Of a stretch of 64,000 bases of DNA, positions 1 through 11,981 are shown in pieces. The stretch is from NCBI GenBank assembly GCA_963850305.1, contig CAWKKR010000005.1:32001-96000 (forward strand), in the 5' to 3' direction. The number at the start of each line of letters is the position of its first letter. Positions within the stretch are counted from its first letter, which is position 1. The DNA is from an uncultured delta proteobacterium. GTDB lineage: Bacteria; Myxococcota_A; Polyangia; Polyangiales; Polyangiaceae. The notes under the pieces were generated by a model that did not search any database, had not been told where the DNA came from, and worked only from the letters and a program-made list of their open reading frames with translations. The translations under genes were made by a program, and so were the position numbers.

Positions 1-879
1 CTGCGCATCAAGAAGGCGGGCAACGCCATCGTGCGCCTGCTCGGCGGCCGGGAGATCCACCCCGTCAACGTGCGCGTCGGCGGCTTCTACCGCGCGCCGA
101 CGAGGGCGCGAGCTCGGCGCGCTGCTGCCCGAGCTGCGTGGGCCGCGAGGCGCCGCGGCGAGCTGCCTGAGTGGGTGTCCGCGCTTCCCCTTCCCCGACC
201 TCGAGCGCGACTACGAGATCGTCGCGCTCCGCCACCCGCGACGAGTACCCGATGTGCGAGGGCCGCATCGTGTCGTCGAAGGGCCTCGACATCGCCGCTG
301 CGGGACTACGACGCGACTTCGTCGAGGAGCACGTGCCCCACTCGAACGCGCTCCACTCGCGCATTCAAGGGCCGCGGCGCGTACCTCTGCGGGCCGCTCG
401 CGCGCTTCAACCTCAACTTCGACCGCCTCTCGCCGGACGCTCGCAGAGGCGGCCGAGATCGGGCTCTCGCCGTACCGTGCAAGAACCCCTTCAAGAGCAT
501 CCTCGTGCGGCTCGTCGAGATGATCCACGCCTTCGAGGACGCCGGCCGCGATCATCGGGGCTACGCGCCGCCGCCGACGCCGTTCGTCGAGGCCCCGCCG
601 CGCGCCGCCACCGGCTACGCCGCCACCGAGGCGCCGCGCGGGCTCCTCTACCACCGCTACACGCTCGACGATGACGGGCACATCACCGACGCGAAGATCG
701 TCCCGCCGACGTCGCAGAACCAGCGCACCATCGAGGAGGACCTCTTCGCCCTGGCGGCCGAGCTCGCCCGGCTCCCGAAGCGCGAGGCGACGCAGCGCGC
801 GGAGCAGGCCATCCGCAACTACGATCCGTGCATCTCCTGCGCGACGCACTTCCTCACGCTGAACGTGGAGAGAGAATGA
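1..879 (+). CDS. [NiFe]-hydrogenase large subunit, group 3b/sulfhydrogenase-like (5'-truncated by window, frameshifted)
   Basis: [33 protein letters not shown] and the C-terminal L2 motif [10 protein letters not shown] plus a short tail; other frames supply [14 protein letters not shown] and [12 protein letters not shown], so indels lie at about 110-560. Confidence 0.9.
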   Translation: MRIKKAGNAIVRLLGGREIHPVNVRVGGFYRAPTRARARRAAARAAWAARRRGELPEWVSALPLPRPRARLRDRRAPPPATSTRCARAASCRRRASTSPLRDYDATSSRSTCPTRTRSTRAFKGRGAYLCGPLARFNLNFDRLSPDARRGGRDRALAVPCKNPFKSILVRLVEMIHAFEDAGRDHRGYAPPPTPFVEAPPRAATGYAATEAPRGLLYHRYTLDDDGHITDAKIVPPTSQNQRTIEEDLFALAAELARLPKREATQRAEQAIRNYDPCISCATHFLTLNVERE

Positions 880-1343
880 GAACGCGCACCCTCGTCGTGA
901 GCGTGGGGCAGAGGGCCGCGGGAGACGATGGCGTCGGCATCGCCGTGCTCGATGAGCTCGGGCGACGAGACGTGCCGGAAGGAACGGAGCTGCTTCATCT
1001 CGTCGATCCGACGGACCTCGTCACCCTTCTGGAGCGCGGGGAGCGGGTCGTGCTCGTGGACGCCGTCCTCGGCTCACCCCCCGGCGTCGTGGTGGAGCTC
1101 GAGCCGGAGGAGCTGTCGGCGCGCGCGTCTCACCCCGCGTCCTCGCACGGGCTCGGAGCAGCGCAGGCCATTCGACTCGCCAGAGCCCTATCGTCGGACG
1201 ACGCGGCGCCGCACCTCAGGGTCGTGGCAGTCAGCATCGCTCGGCCGAATCGCTACCGCGTCGGCCTCTCACCCGAAGTGTCCGCCGCCGTGCCCGCGGC
1301 TGCCAATCGCGTGCTCGCGCTTCTCGAGGTGGACCGTGCATGA
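876..1343 (+). CDS. hydrogenase maturation protease
   Basis: ATGA overlap with the large subunit; GDDGVG, VVLVDAV and SSHGLG motifs. Confidence 0.9.
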   Translation: MRTRTLVVSVGQRAAGDDGVGIAVLDELGRRDVPEGTELLHLVDPTDLVTLLERGERVVLVDAVLGSPPGVVVELEPEELSARASHPASSHGLGAAQAIRLARALSSDDAAPHLRVVAVSIARPNRYRVGLSPEVSAAVPAAANRVLALLEVDRA

Positions 1344-1677
1344 GTCGTCCCTGGCCAAGCAGATCCTCGATGCCGTGCTCGATCGCGCCCGTACCGCCCA
1401 GGCGGGGCGGGTACGACGGGTTCGCGGGTGGATAGCGGAGACCGAGGCCCTGTCGCCGCGAAGCCTCGGTTTCCACTTTGCGGCGCATGCGCGCGGCACG
1501 CTCGCCGAAGGTGCCGAGCTCGAGCTCCGGCTCGTTCACATCCAGGCACGGTGTCTCGCCTGCAAGACGACGTATGCGCCGGATCACCATCTGCTCCTGT
1601 GCCCCGCCTGCGGCAGCACGGACGGGGAGGAGCTCGGCAAGACCGGGCTCGGCATCGAGACGCTAGAGGTCGACTGA
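1336..1677 (+). CDS. hypA: hydrogenase nickel metallochaperone HypA
   Basis: GTG start giving [10 protein letters not shown]; two CxxC motifs (CLAC, CPACGS). Confidence 0.93.
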   Translation: MHESSLAKQILDAVLDRARTAQAGRVRRVRGWIAETEALSPRSLGFHFAAHARGTLAEGAELELRLVHIQARCLACKTTYAPDHHLLLCPACGSTDGEELGKTGLGIETLEVD

Positions 1678-1678
1678 C

Positions 1679-3964
1679 GTGCGTCGCCTGGCCGTCACCG
1701 TCGAGGGCACCGTGCAGGGAGTCGGGTTTCGCCCGTTCGTCTACGCCGCAGCCACGTCACGAGGCCTCTCGGGATGGGTCCGGAACGGAGCGGATGCCGT
1801 ACGGCTCGAAGTCCAGGGCCCCGATGAGAAGGTGCAAGGCTTCTTGGACGCGCTTCGGTCGCCCCCGGCGGCGGCACGAGTCGACCGAATCGACGCACAC
1901 GACCTCCCGGTTGGATTGCCCGGCGGCTTCGAGATCCTCGCGAGTGCGCTCGCGAAAGGAACAACACGCCCAACTCTCCCTGCAGACCTCGGCATTTGCC
2001 GAGAGTGCACGGCGGAAATGGATGACCCGCGCGCACGCCGCCACCGTTACCCGTTCACGAATTGTACGCAGTGCGGGCCGCGCTACTCCATCGCTCTCGC
2101 GTTGCCCTACGACCGGTCGCACACGTCGATGAAGGGGTTCCAGCTCTGCGCCGCATGCGTGGCGGAGTACGCCGAGCCCCGAGACCGCAGGTTCCATGCG
2201 CAGCCCATCGCTTGCCCCGCCTGTGGACCGAGCGTGCGCCTCGTGTCCCCCAGCGGTGCCGACCTCGCAGACGGTCGGGCCGCCATCGACGAAGCGGCAC
2301 GGATGCTGCTTCGCGGGGATGTCCTCGCCCTGAAGGGGCTCGGGGGATTCCAGCTCTTGGTCGATGCGACGAGTCAGGCTGCCGTCGCCAAGCTCCGGGA
2401 ACGAAAGCGACGCGAAGAGAAGCCGTTCGCCGTCATGTTTCCGTCCGCGGAGGCCGCTCGCGAGAGCTGCCTTCTTTCTGAGGACGACGAGACGGCGCTC
2501 GGCTCCGTCCAAGCTCCGATCCTGCTCGTCCGCCGACGCCATGAGGGGTGTCAGGTGGCAGCGGGAGTCGCGCCTCGAAACCCGTGGCTCGGCGTGATGC
2601 TGCCCTACACGCCGCTCCACCGGCTGCTGCTCGCCGCGACAGGCTGCCCGCTCGTCTGCACCAGCGGGAATCTCTCGGAAGATCCCATGTGTACCGACGA
2701 GCGCGAGGCGCGGGAGCGCCTCGATGGCATCGCCGATTGCTTCCTGGTGCATGACCGCCCCATCGTTCGGCCCATCGATGACTCCGTCGCGCGCATCGAC
2801 AGCCGCGGTCTCCAGATCCTGCGCCGGGCGCGCGGCTTCGCGCCTCTTGCGTTGCGGCTGCCGGGAGCCGATTCGCGCTGCATTCTTGCGACAGGGGCGC
2901 AGCAGAAGAGCACGGTCGCGCTCGCCACGGGCGGAGACGTCGTGGTGAGTCAACATCTCGGAGATCTCTTCACTGCCGAGGGGGTGGCTCTGCTCGAGCG
3001 CACGGCCCTGGATCTGATGCGCTTCTTCGACGCCGAGCCCGAGCTCATCGCCTGCGATCTCCACCCCGACTACGCGAGCACGCGTCTCGCGGAGAAGCTC
3101 AGCTCGCTCTTTCGCGTGCCTGTCGAGCGGGTTCAACACCACCACGCGCACATCGCGGCGTGCGTCGCGGAGCATGGCCTGAAGGGCCCGGTGCTCGGCC
3201 TTGCCTGGGATGGTGCGGGGCTCGGCACCGATGGGACCATCTGGGGTGGCGAGGCCTTGGTCGTCGATGGTGCGTCGTGCCGTCGCGTCGCACACCTTCG
3301 TCCGTTCTCGCTGCCCGGCGGTGAGGCTGCGATGCGCGAGCCGTGGCGATCCGCGCTGGGCTTGCTCTTCGAGATCTCGGGCCGAGGTGCCGTCGAGCAC
3401 GTCGAGATGGAGCCGTCTCGCGCTCGCACCCTGCTGTCGATGCTCGATGCTCGGGTGGCCTGCCCGCGGACCTCCAGCATGGGTCGGCTGTTCGATGCCG
3501 TGGCGTTCCTGACGGGGGTGCGTGAGCGAGCGGGGTACGAGGGTCAGGCGGCGGTGGAGCTCGAGCACGCGGCAGACGGCGTCACGGATCGAGTGGCATA
3601 CCCGCTCCTCCTCCGTCCCGGGGAGCCGGCGGTCGCCGACTGGGAGCCACTCGTGCGCGCGCTGCTCCGCGATCGCGCGCGGCACGTCCCGACGGGCGTC
3701 ATGTCGGCCCGCTTCCACGACGCGCTCGTCGACCTGGCGGAAAGCGTGGCGCTTCGGGTGGGCTTGCCACAGGTGGTTCTGTCGGGAGGGTGCTTCCAGA
3801 ATCTCCGCCTCATCGAGTCCGTGCGGCAGCGTCTCTCTGCACGCGGATTCGACGTTCGTTCACCGCGGAAGTATCCGCCCAACGACGGTGGCATTTCGCT
3901 GGGGCAGCTCCACGTCGCTGCGTGCAGAAGGGACTCGGGCGATGTGCCTCGGCATACCGGGTGA
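1679..3964 (+). CDS. hypF: carbamoyltransferase HypF
   Basis: GTVQGVGFRPFVY acylphosphatase domain, YPFTNCTQCGPRY, RRFHAQPIACPACGP, HHHAH, PPNDGGISLGQ. Confidence 0.97.
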   Translation: MRRLAVTVEGTVQGVGFRPFVYAAATSRGLSGWVRNGADAVRLEVQGPDEKVQGFLDALRSPPAAARVDRIDAHDLPVGLPGGFEILASALAKGTTRPTLPADLGICRECTAEMDDPRARRHRYPFTNCTQCGPRYSIALALPYDRSHTSMKGFQLCAACVAEYAEPRDRRFHAQPIACPACGPSVRLVSPSGADLADGRAAIDEAARMLLRGDVLALKGLGGFQLLVDATSQAAVAKLRERKRREEKPFAVMFPSAEAARESCLLSEDDETALGSVQAPILLVRRRHEGCQVAAGVAPRNPWLGVMLPYTPLHRLLLAATGCPLVCTSGNLSEDPMCTDEREARERLDGIADCFLVHDRPIVRPIDDSVARIDSRGLQILRRARGFAPLALRLPGADSRCILATGAQQKSTVALATGGDVVVSQHLGDLFTAEGVALLERTALDLMRFFDAEPELIACDLHPDYASTRLAEKLSSLFRVPVERVQHHHAHIAACVAEHGLKGPVLGLAWDGAGLGTDGTIWGGEALVVDGASCRRVAHLRPFSLPGGEAAMREPWRSALGLLFEISGRGAVEHVEMEPSRARTLLSMLDARVACPRTSSMGRLFDAVAFLTGVRERAGYEGQAAVELEHAADGVTDRVAYPLLLRPGEPAVADWEPLVRALLRDRARHVPTGVMSARFHDALVDLAESVALRVGLPQVVLSGGCFQNLRLIESVRQRLSARGFDVRSPRKYPPNDGGISLGQLHVAACRRDSGDVPRHTG

Positions 3965-4190
3965 GGTGAAGAGCATCACGGAGGGTCCGCTCCGCACCGG
4001 CCAGGTGGCGTTTGGCGGCGTGCTCAAGGACGTGTGTCTGGCTTACGTCCCCGAGGCCAGCGTGGGCGATTTCGTCATCGTGCATGCGGGGTTCGCGATC
4101 AGCCTTCTGGACGCGGAGCGCGCCGAGCGAGTGTTCTCGTACCTGGAGGAGGTCGGTGCCATGAGCGAGGTCGAGGAGGAGGAACCATGA
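3942..4190 (+). CDS. hypC: HypC hydrogenase chaperone
   Basis: MCLGIPGEV start; [12 protein letters not shown]. Confidence 0.96.
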   Translation: MCLGIPGEVKSITEGPLRTGQVAFGGVLKDVCLAYVPEASVGDFVIVHAGFAISLLDAERAERVFSYLEEVGAMSEVEEEEP

Positions 4191-5302
4191 GGTACATCGA
4201 CGAGTATCGCGACGGTGACGTCGCGCGGCGCTACACCTCGGCGCTGCGCGCCCTTGTCACTCGCCCCTGGAACATCATGGAGGTCTGCGGCGGCCAGACC
4301 CACGCGATCGTCCGCTTCGGGCTGGACGAGCTGCTTCCCGAAGAGGTCACGCTCATCCACGGCCCGGGCTGCCCGGTGTGCGTCACCCCGGTGGCGATGA
4401 TCGACAAGGCGCTCGCCATCGCGGCCGTCCCGAGCGTCATCTTTTGCTCCTTCGGCGACATGCTGCGCGTGCCTGGCTCGGGGAGGGACCTCCTCGCGGT
4501 CAAATCGGAGGGCGGCGACGTCCGTGTGGTCTACTCGCCGATGGACGCTCTCGAATCTCGCCGAGGAGAATCCCACCGCGAGGTCGTCTTCTTCGCCGTG
4601 GGGTTCGAGACGACGGCTCCGGCGAACGCCATGGCGGCGTTCGAGGCGAGACGCCGCGGCGTTCGAAACTTCTCGCTGCTCGTCGCGCACGTGACCGTCC
4701 CCCCGGCGATGGAGGCCATCCTCTCGTCGCCTAGTTGCCGAGTGGACGGCTTTCTCGCCGCAGGGCACGTCTGCACCGTGATGGGTCTCACCGAGTACAG
4801 GCCGCTCGTCGAAAGGTTCCGGGTCCCCGTCGTCGCGACGGGCTTCGAGCCGCTCGACATTCTCCAGGGCATCACCATGTGCGTGCGCCAGCTCGAGGAG
4901 GGGCGCGCCGAGCTGGAGAATCAGTACGAGCGTTCGGTTCGCGCGTCGGGGAATCCGCTCGCGAAGGAGATGATTCGCGAGGTCTTCGAAATCGTCCCGA
5001 GGGTCTGGCGGGGTATCGGCAGCATCCCGGAGAGCGGCTTCTCACTCCGGGCGGCCTACGCGGACCTCGACGCCGAACGGAAGTTCGACGTGGAGGACGT
5101 GGGGGGGCGGGAATCGCCGGAATGCAGGAGCGGGCTCGTCCTCCAGGGGCTGCTCAAGCCGCCCGATTGCCCCGCGTTCGGACGATCGTGCACACCGGAC
5201 CATCCGCTCGGTGCCACGATGGTCTCCTCCGAGGGCGCCTGCGCCGCTTACTACCGTTACCGGAGGCTTCCCGAGTCATGTCCCCCCTCGACTTCGCGCT
5301 GA
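4187..5302 (+). CDS. hypD: hydrogenase formation protein HypD
   Basis: [42 protein letters not shown] overlap with hypC. Confidence 0.97.
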   Translation: MRYIDEYRDGDVARRYTSALRALVTRPWNIMEVCGGQTHAIVRFGLDELLPEEVTLIHGPGCPVCVTPVAMIDKALAIAAVPSVIFCSFGDMLRVPGSGRDLLAVKSEGGDVRVVYSPMDALESRRGESHREVVFFAVGFETTAPANAMAAFEARRRGVRNFSLLVAHVTVPPAMEAILSSPSCRVDGFLAAGHVCTVMGLTEYRPLVERFRVPVVATGFEPLDILQGITMCVRQLEEGRAELENQYERSVRASGNPLAKEMIREVFEIVPRVWRGIGSIPESGFSLRAAYADLDAERKFDVEDVGGRESPECRSGLVLQGLLKPPDCPAFGRSCTPDHPLGATMVSSEGACAAYYRYRRLPESCPPSTSR

Positions 5303-6330
5303 CGTGTCCCGCGCCCCTCGAGCTACACAAGACGGTGAAGCTCGCTCACGGGGGCGGCGGGAGGCTCACGCGCGAACTCATCGAGGAGCTGTTTCTGCCC
5401 GCGTTCGACGGCGGCGCTCTCCGCGAGCGTCACGACAGCGCCGTGCTCCCGTTCGGTGGCGGACGCCTCGCGTTTACGACGGACAGCTACGTCGTCCAGC
5501 CCCTGTTCTTCCCGGGCGGCGACATCGGCACCCTGGCCGTGTTCGGCACCGTGAACGATCTGGCGATGGCCGGAGCACGCCCCCTCTACCTGAGCGCCGG
5601 CTTCATTCTCGAGGAGGGGCTACCCATGGACGATCTGTGCCGCGTCGTCGCGTCGATGCGCGCCGCGGCCGAGGCGTGCGGCGTGGAGCTCGTCACGGGG
5701 GACACGAAGGTCGTGGATCGCGGCAAGGGAGACGGCCTCTTCGTGAACACCTCGGGGATCGGTGTCGTGCGCCCGGACGTGGCGATCCACCCCCGCCGCA
5801 TCCGGCCAGGAGATGCGATCGTCCTCTCGGGGGACGTGGGCAGGCACGGAGTCGCCGTGCTGTCGGTGCGTAAAGGGCTGGAGTTCGAGGGATCCATCGA
5901 GAGCGATTGCGCCTCGCTCGCGCCGCAGGTTGTCGCGCTGCTCGATGCCGGCATCGAGGTGCACTGCCTCCGTGACGCAACACGCGGCGGTCTCGCGACC
6001 GCACTCAACGAGCTGGCGCTGGACGCGGGTGTCAGCATCGAAGTGGTGGAGCGATCCATTCCGGTATCGGACGCGGTCGCGGGGGCCTGCGAGCTGCTCG
6101 GGCTCGATCCCCTCTACGTCGCGTGCGAAGGGCGGATGGTCGCGTTCGTTCCTGAGCCACACCTGGACCGTGCTCTCGTGGCTCTCCGCTCGTGTCCGCT
6201 GGGGTACCAGGCCGTCCGTATCGGGCACGTCGGGGCGAGCCCGAGCGGGCGCGTGACGCTCGAGACGAGGATGGGCTCGCGCCGCCTTCTCGACCTGCTC
6301 TCCGGCGAGCAGCTCCCTCGGATCTGCTAG
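5278..6330 (+). CDS. hypE: HypE carbamoyl dehydratase
   Basis: [30 protein letters not shown]-terminal GEQLPRIC. Confidence 0.97.
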   Translation: MSPLDFALTCPAPLELHKTVKLAHGGGGRLTRELIEELFLPAFDGGALRERHDSAVLPFGGGRLAFTTDSYVVQPLFFPGGDIGTLAVFGTVNDLAMAGARPLYLSAGFILEEGLPMDDLCRVVASMRAAAEACGVELVTGDTKVVDRGKGDGLFVNTSGIGVVRPDVAIHPRRIRPGDAIVLSGDVGRHGVAVLSVRKGLEFEGSIESDCASLAPQVVALLDAGIEVHCLRDATRGGLATALNELALDAGVSIEVVERSIPVSDAVAGACELLGLDPLYVACEGRMVAFVPEPHLDRALVALRSCPLGYQAVRIGHVGASPSGRVTLETRMGSRRLLDLLSGEQLPRIC

Positions 6331-6433
6331 GTGAGCAGGGCCTCCGCGGCGGGCACGCCGCACTGCCCGCCGAGAAGATCGAATTCAGCGTTCCGCGCCG
6401 GAACGGACGGGGCCACGACGTCGATAGGGGATC

Positions 6434-7663
6434 CTATACAGCCGCTCCCTGGCTCGCAGCTCGCAGCCCGATCTGCGCGGCGAGCGCGTCATACTCCTTA
6501 CCCCGCGCTGGAATGCCAGCGAGAGGTGGCTCGCATGGGCGCGTATCCAGGGATCTCCCCCGTCCTCGACGACATAGCGTCCTCGAGGCTCGAGAAACGC
6601 ACGCGCTTCGAGAGCAAAATCGTCCGCCATACGACCGATGTCGGTGGTCGCGGTCTCCCCTCTGATGGCCGAGGCAAGACCCGTTCCGAGCGCGCGTGCT
6701 TCGGCGAGGCCGGCGTTGAGCGAGAAGCCGACTGCCGAAAGTGCGGTGTGTGCGGCGCTGCCCGCCAGCCAGACCTTGCCGCGGCCACGGTGCGTCGAGA
6801 CCTGGCTCGCGTACGGCATGACGGCAGCCCAGTCGATGTCGCCGATGGGTGCTTGAAACCACGGCGCGCGCGCCCGCAGGAGATCGCGCAAGCCCTCAGG
6901 CGTGAGTCTGTCCTCCGGATACGTTCCACCATCGACGATGGAAACTCCACTGCAGCATGCCGTGCGGAAGCGGGAACACCGAGCAGATGCCGTGCTCGCC
7001 CACGATTACCCGCGCTTCGTCACCCGGCGTCCACGAAGACGAGAGCTCGAAGACGACTCGAACCCCCGTCGTCCCGGCGCGTTCGTACCTGCCGCCCAGG
7101 AAGAGCCGCACGATCGAGTCCTCGCCGTCCGCCCCGATTACCCCGTGCGTCTCGTAAGAGAGCGATCGCGCTACCATTTCCTCGACACCCGCGATCGCGT
7201 AACCGGTGGACTCGCGATCCAGCTCGTCGACCCGCGCGATCAATGCCTCGCCCTTTTGCTCGAGCGAAGCCAGCCGCTGATGCGAGCTGACGAAGACGTC
7301 CCGCGAGGCCAGCACGTCGACCAGATGGTCGATGAGCGCCCGCTGAGGGAGCACCAGTGCGAAGGGATACGGTTCTTCGAGCTGGGAGAGCTCCAGCAGC
7401 GCGTGACGCGTCCCCTGTTCGTCCCAGAAGCCGACACGCTCGATACGCGCGCCGACCCCGAGCAACCCGTACACCGTACCGAGTTCGTGCAGCAAGGCCA
7501 GCGACTGCGGGTGCAAGAGCACTGCACCGGCACGCTGTTCTACCTGCCATCTCCGATCCACGATTGTGAGCCGAAGACCAGCCCGTGCGAGAGAGGCCGC
7601 TGCGCAAAGGCCCACGGGGCCCGCGCCCACGACGAGTGCATCCGTTTGGTGTCTGTGGAACAT
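6434..7663 (-). CDS. FAD-dependent monooxygenase (PheA/TfdB-like), two apparent frameshifts
   Basis: VVGAGPVGL Rossmann motif, VIGADGEDSIVR, then WLAGSAAH...GFSLNAGL in a second frame (6385-6891) and the C-terminus in a third; shifts near 6940 and 6510. Confidence 0.8.
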
Positions 7664-7753
7664 CTCGAAACCCTCTAACTTGCCCCGAAATCTCTAGCAG
7701 GGCGCAGGCTACATCGTCCGTGCCATCTGTCGTCACGTTCATCGGCGAGGCAC

Positions 7754-8818
7754 TCACTCGGCCGGAACGAGGTGTCCGTGGGAGCTCGGCTCGAGACCCA
7801 ATTCACGGAGCTCCTGGGCGCGGGCACGCCGGACAACGCCGTTGACGTGCCCTGGAAGTCGTTCGTCACGAGACTCCGGTGGCGAGCGGTGGAGCCACGC
7901 TCCCGGGCGACCGTTCAAGCGTTCCAGGAGGATCTCCAGATCGCTCGTTCCCCGCAGGCTGTCGATCACACGCTCCGGGGTTCCCCAGTCCGACCATCCA
8001 CACCGCGACAGCCGAACGACCCGAAGCTTTCGAGCGTTTTGCAGAACGTCGCGCGAAAAATCGGCGGGCGCCATTCGCGCGTAGAGGTCCCGCAGGACGT
8101 CATTTGCGAACGATGTCCCGCGAAGGCAATTGAGGTTCGCGGTCTGCGAGGGGAGGTGCTCACCTGCAAGATCCCACAAGACGCGGGCCTGGGCGACGAT
8201 GACGAACGTGTTCCAGAGCGCGCCGGAGTCGAAGAGTGCCTCTGCTACTCGAGCGGCAGGCTTCTCTTCGAACCTGCAGACGCGGTGGGAGTCCGGGCAC
8301 TCATCCGGAGAGCCCACGATCCATCCGTACTGCGTCTCCGGTCCGTCCGGAACGGCGCCCAGCAGCACGACCGATCCGCTCCTGGCGACCGCTTCCGCGC
8401 GTCGGACCGATTCAATGAACGGCGTGACGTCCTGGACATAATGGTCCGAGGGGGTCACGACGACGATTGCCTCCGGGTCGCGCGAAATGACCCGTGCGAG
8501 CGGGAGCAGCAGGCCGGGCCCCGTTCCGAGGTTCATCGGTTGGGCGATGACATCGATCCCCGGAAAGCCCGTCACCCTGGTGCGCGCGAGGCCCTCGCGC
8601 TCTGCCTGCGCGACGACCACGGTTCGTTCGGGCGGAGTGAGCTCAGCGGTTCTGAGGAGTGTCGTTTCGAGCAAGGAGCGCTGCCCCTGGAGAATGGCGA
8701 ATTGCTTGGGCAGAGCTTCGCCGTGAAGGGCGCGCGTCAGTGACTGGAGGCGCGTTCCGTCTCCGGCCGCAAGAACGATTGTCCAGAGGTGCGCCACCGC
8801 TCGTCCGTTTCGTTGCAT
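7754..8818 (-). CDS. sugar-phosphate nucleotidyltransferase (mannose-1-P guanylyltransferase-like), paralog 1
   Basis: LAAGDGTRL...PKQF, NLGTGPG, TPSDHYV, YGWI, FEEKP, GWSDWGTPERV. Confidence 0.88.
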   Translation of the reverse strand: MQRNGRAVAHLWTIVLAAGDGTRLQSLTRALHGEALPKQFAILQGQRSLLETTLLRTAELTPPERTVVVAQAEREGLARTRVTGFPGIDVIAQPMNLGTGPGLLLPLARVISRDPEAIVVVTPSDHYVQDVTPFIESVRRAEAVARSGSVVLLGAVPDGPETQYGWIVGSPDECPDSHRVCRFEEKPAARVAEALFDSGALWNTFVIVAQARVLWDLAGEHLPSQTANLNCLRGTSFANDVLRDLYARMAPADFSRDVLQNARKLRVVRLSRCGWSDWGTPERVIDSLRGTSDLEILLERLNGRPGAWLHRSPPESRDERLPGHVNGVVRRARAQELRELGLEPSSHGHLVPAE

Positions 8819-8856
8819 CAGACCGTTTCCCTTCTTCCCCGGAGGTCCGTCCCGCT

Positions 8857-8872
8857 TGCAGTACGCATGCCA
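8857..8872 (-). promoter_or_regulatory. sigma54 -24/-12 promoter
   Basis: TGGCATGCGTACTGCA, about 40 nt upstream of the ATG at 8818. Confidence 0.7.
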
Positions 8873-9279
8873 TGGCGCGTCGTGGGGGCCTGCTCCGCGA
8901 TCCGAACGAGCCAGGCGCGGTGCCCGGTGCAGCGGATGGTGTTGTTGGCCCCAGGGCGGAAAGGGCCGCGACGTGTCGGCGGGGGGCGCGTGTCGTCCAC
9001 GAGCCTCTACGGCGTCGCCTTGCAGCGCAGCCAAGCGTGCAGCGGAGGCCGTCCCGTAGCGATAGACCGGCGCGCAGCAACTGCACTCGGACGCAAGGCA
9101 TTCATGAACGTCGCTGCAACGGCTCGTGCCGTTCACCGAGGGTTCGGCCCCGCGTGGGAGAGCCACTAGCGCCGCGCGGAGCTTACCGCGGGGGCGGGGG
9201 GGCCTCGCGGCGAAGCCGGCGCCCGAACTCCTCAGCGGGGCTTCGGACGGGGGGCACCAGTTCTCAGCGCGTGTCGCAG

Positions 9280-9295
9280 TGGCACGCGCTCTGCA
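9280..9295 (+). promoter_or_regulatory. sigma54 -24/-12 promoter
   Basis: TGGCACGCGCTCTGCA upstream of the PII-like gene. Confidence 0.7.
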
Positions 9296-9377
9296 GAGTG
9301 GCTGCCGCGCTCCGTTCCGGGCAGTGAGCGTGCCCAGCCGCGCCTGCTAGTCAAGGGCGGAGGACAACAGGACCACG

Positions 9378-9689
9378 ATGAGAATCGTCAAAGCAAAACT
9401 CGTCACGATCGTCTTCCCCTTCGGCACAGGTGCGCGACTCACCAAAGACCCAAAGCAGCTCGGCGCGTCCGGCTACACGACGATGAGGGTGGACGGCTTC
9501 GGCAATCGAGGAGCGCGGAAATATGGCTTGACCGACGGCGCGAACGTCCGCCTGGAAGCGATAGTGACTCCGGAAGTCTGCGATCGCATCTTGAAGCATC
9601 TCGGAAGCCACTACGCGGATATCGCGTTCGTTGCTCATGCGCACGACGTCGAAGCGATCCCCGCCGAGCACTTCGAGCCGTCCGAGTAG
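9378..9689 (+). CDS. PII-superfamily protein, SbtB-like
   Basis: 103 aa; KLVTIV...GASGYT...GFGNRG...ANVRLEAIV pattern; GGAGG RBS upstream. Confidence 0.75.
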   Translation: MRIVKAKLVTIVFPFGTGARLTKDPKQLGASGYTTMRVDGFGNRGARKYGLTDGANVRLEAIVTPEVCDRILKHLGSHYADIAFVAHAHDVEAIPAEHFEPSE

Positions 9690-9692
9690 CCA

Positions 9693-10870
9693 TCACGAGC
9701 CCGCCGTCGCGGTCGAGTCGTTCGTGTCGCGGCCGCGCGGCCCGGAGAGCGAGCTCACGCGAACGCGTCGTCGGAACAGCGCGACGGAAACGCTCAAGAT
9801 CACGGTGCCGAGGAGCGCCAGCGCGAGCAGTTGCGGTGCGACGTCGGCGAGCGTCGCACCTTTTAGCAAGCAGCCCCGCAGGATCTCGATGAAGTGGCGC
9901 ATCGGGATGAGCAGCGTCAGCGGCTGGAGCCAACCCGGCATGCTCGCGATCGGCGACATGAATCCCGAGAGCAGCATCGTCGGCAGCATGAAGGCGAGCG
10001 CGCCGAGCATGGCCTGCTGCTGCGAACCGCTGAGCGTCGCGATCAGGATTCCGATGCCCAGCGTCGAGAACAGGTAGAGGAAGCGCGCCGAGCCCGACGA
10101 CGCCGAGCGACCCGCGAATGGGCACGTCGAACAGCACCGAGCCGAGCAGGAGGATCGCCAGCACGTCGATCAGGCCGAACAGGATGAACGGCAGGCACTT
10201 GCCGGTCAGCAGCGTCGCGGGATGGATCGGCGTCACCATGATCTGCTCGAGCGTGCCGGTCTCGCGCTCGCGCGCGAGTCCCATCGCGGTGACGATCGCG
10301 CTCACGTTGAGCAGCAGCGATGCGAGGATGCCCGGCACCATGTAGACGGGCGTCTTGAGCCGCTGGTTGTAGAGAATGCGCGGCGTCGACCGGCGCGACC
10401 GCCGCGCAAGGGCATGGCCTCGGCGACGCCGAGAAACTCGGTCGCGTCGGCCGCGGCGACCTGGGCGCGCACGCGAATCGGTGCCGTCGACGAGGACTTG
10501 CACCTCGGGTGCCTCGTCGCGGGCGAGCCGGCGTTGCGTAGCCTCGGGGCACGATGATCGCCGCCGCGGCGTCGCCGGACTCGAGCTCGACCTGCGCGGC
10601 GTCCGGGTCGAGCACCGCGGCTTGCTCGCGAAAAGTGCCTTCCGCGAAGAGCGCATGGACGAGCGCGCGGCTGACTCGCGTGCGGTCCTGGTCGCACACC
10701 ACGGTCGGGATGTGGTCGACGTCGAGGTTCACCGCATAGCCGAACCCGACGAGCTGGATGGCCGGCGCGGCGATCAGACGTGAAGACCATGCGGCGGTCG
10801 CGCAGCGTCTGGATCAGCTCCTTCTGCGCAACGTTGCAGAGCGACCTCAGCCAGGCGGTCACGCGCTCAT
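9693..10870 (-). CDS. ABC-2 type exporter permease (YbhR-like), frameshifted
   Basis: KELIQTLRDRRM, ARERETGTLEQIMVTPI, LLSGFMSPIASMP distributed over several frames. Confidence 0.85.
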
Positions 10871-11981
10871 GCGAGCCTCCGCCGAAACCTGTCGCACCGC
10901 GAGCACGAGGACCGCGCGCGCGAAGGCGGCGAGCGCGAGCAGCTGCGGCGCGAGCACCGCGATGCCGTTCCCCTTGAGGAATACGCCGCGGAGCGCGACG
11001 ATGTAGTAGCGACCGGGAACGACGGTCGAGAGCGCCCGGAGCGGCCACGGCATGTTCGCGATCGGGAACATGAACCCGCCGAGCAGCGTCGTCGGCAGCA
11101 TCGAGATCATGATCGAGAACTGCGACGACAGGAGCTGGCTCTTCGTGGCGACGCTGACGAGCAGGCCGAGTGCCGAGCATCGCGAGCTGGAACAAGCAGC
11201 GAGCAAAAGAACAGCAAGGCGAGCGAGCCGCGGATGGGCACGTCGAACATCCACGACCCGAGCGTGACGACGAGCAGCGTCTGCACCATCCCGAGCACCG
11301 CGTACGGCAACAGCTTGCCGACGATGATCTCGGCGCGCCGCACCGGCGTCGCGAACAGCTGCTCCATGCTTCCGCGCTCCCACTCGCGCGCGACGGTCAG
11401 CGCCGTGAGCAGCGCCGACACCATCGACAGGATCAGCGCGATCACGCCGGGCACGATGCCGTAGGCCGACCGCATCGCCGGGTTGAAGCGGGTGCGGATC
11501 GCGGCCGAGTGGCGCGGCGCGGCGCCGCGGACCGGCGAGCGACTGGAGCGATGCCGAGCGCGTCGCCGAGCGCGATCGTCGCCGTCGAGCTGTCGCGCCC
11601 GTCGACCAGGAGCTGCGCGCCGGTCGGCTCGCCGCGCAGCAGGTCGCGCTGGTAGTCGCGCGGGATCACGAGCGCCGCCTGACGCGCGGCCGCGGCGGAA
11701 CAGCGGCTCGGCCTGCGTCCGCGTCCTCGAGCCGAGCCGCGCACGACGAACTGGCCCCCGGCGACCAGCGCCTCGGCGAGTCGCCGGGACGCGCGCGTGT
11801 GGTCCTGGTCGACGACGGCGATCCGCGATGTGATCGACGTCGGTCGAGATCCCGTAGCCGAACAGGAGGAGCATCACGACCGGCAGGCCGAGCGCGAGGT
11901 AGAGCACGCGGACGTCGCGGATGATGTGCAGGACTTCCTTGTGCGCGATGGCGGCGCGTGCGGCGCACGGCCGCGGTTCAC
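10867..11981 (-). CDS. ABC-2 type exporter permease (YbhS-like), frameshifted
   Basis: [38 protein letters not shown]; 4-nt overlaps with both neighbours. Confidence 0.85.

Noticed and set aside
1757..3718. Long antisense ORFs (also 36443-37900, 37904-39280, 47235-49376)
   Set aside because: Shadow frames of high-GC genes with no recognisable motifs.
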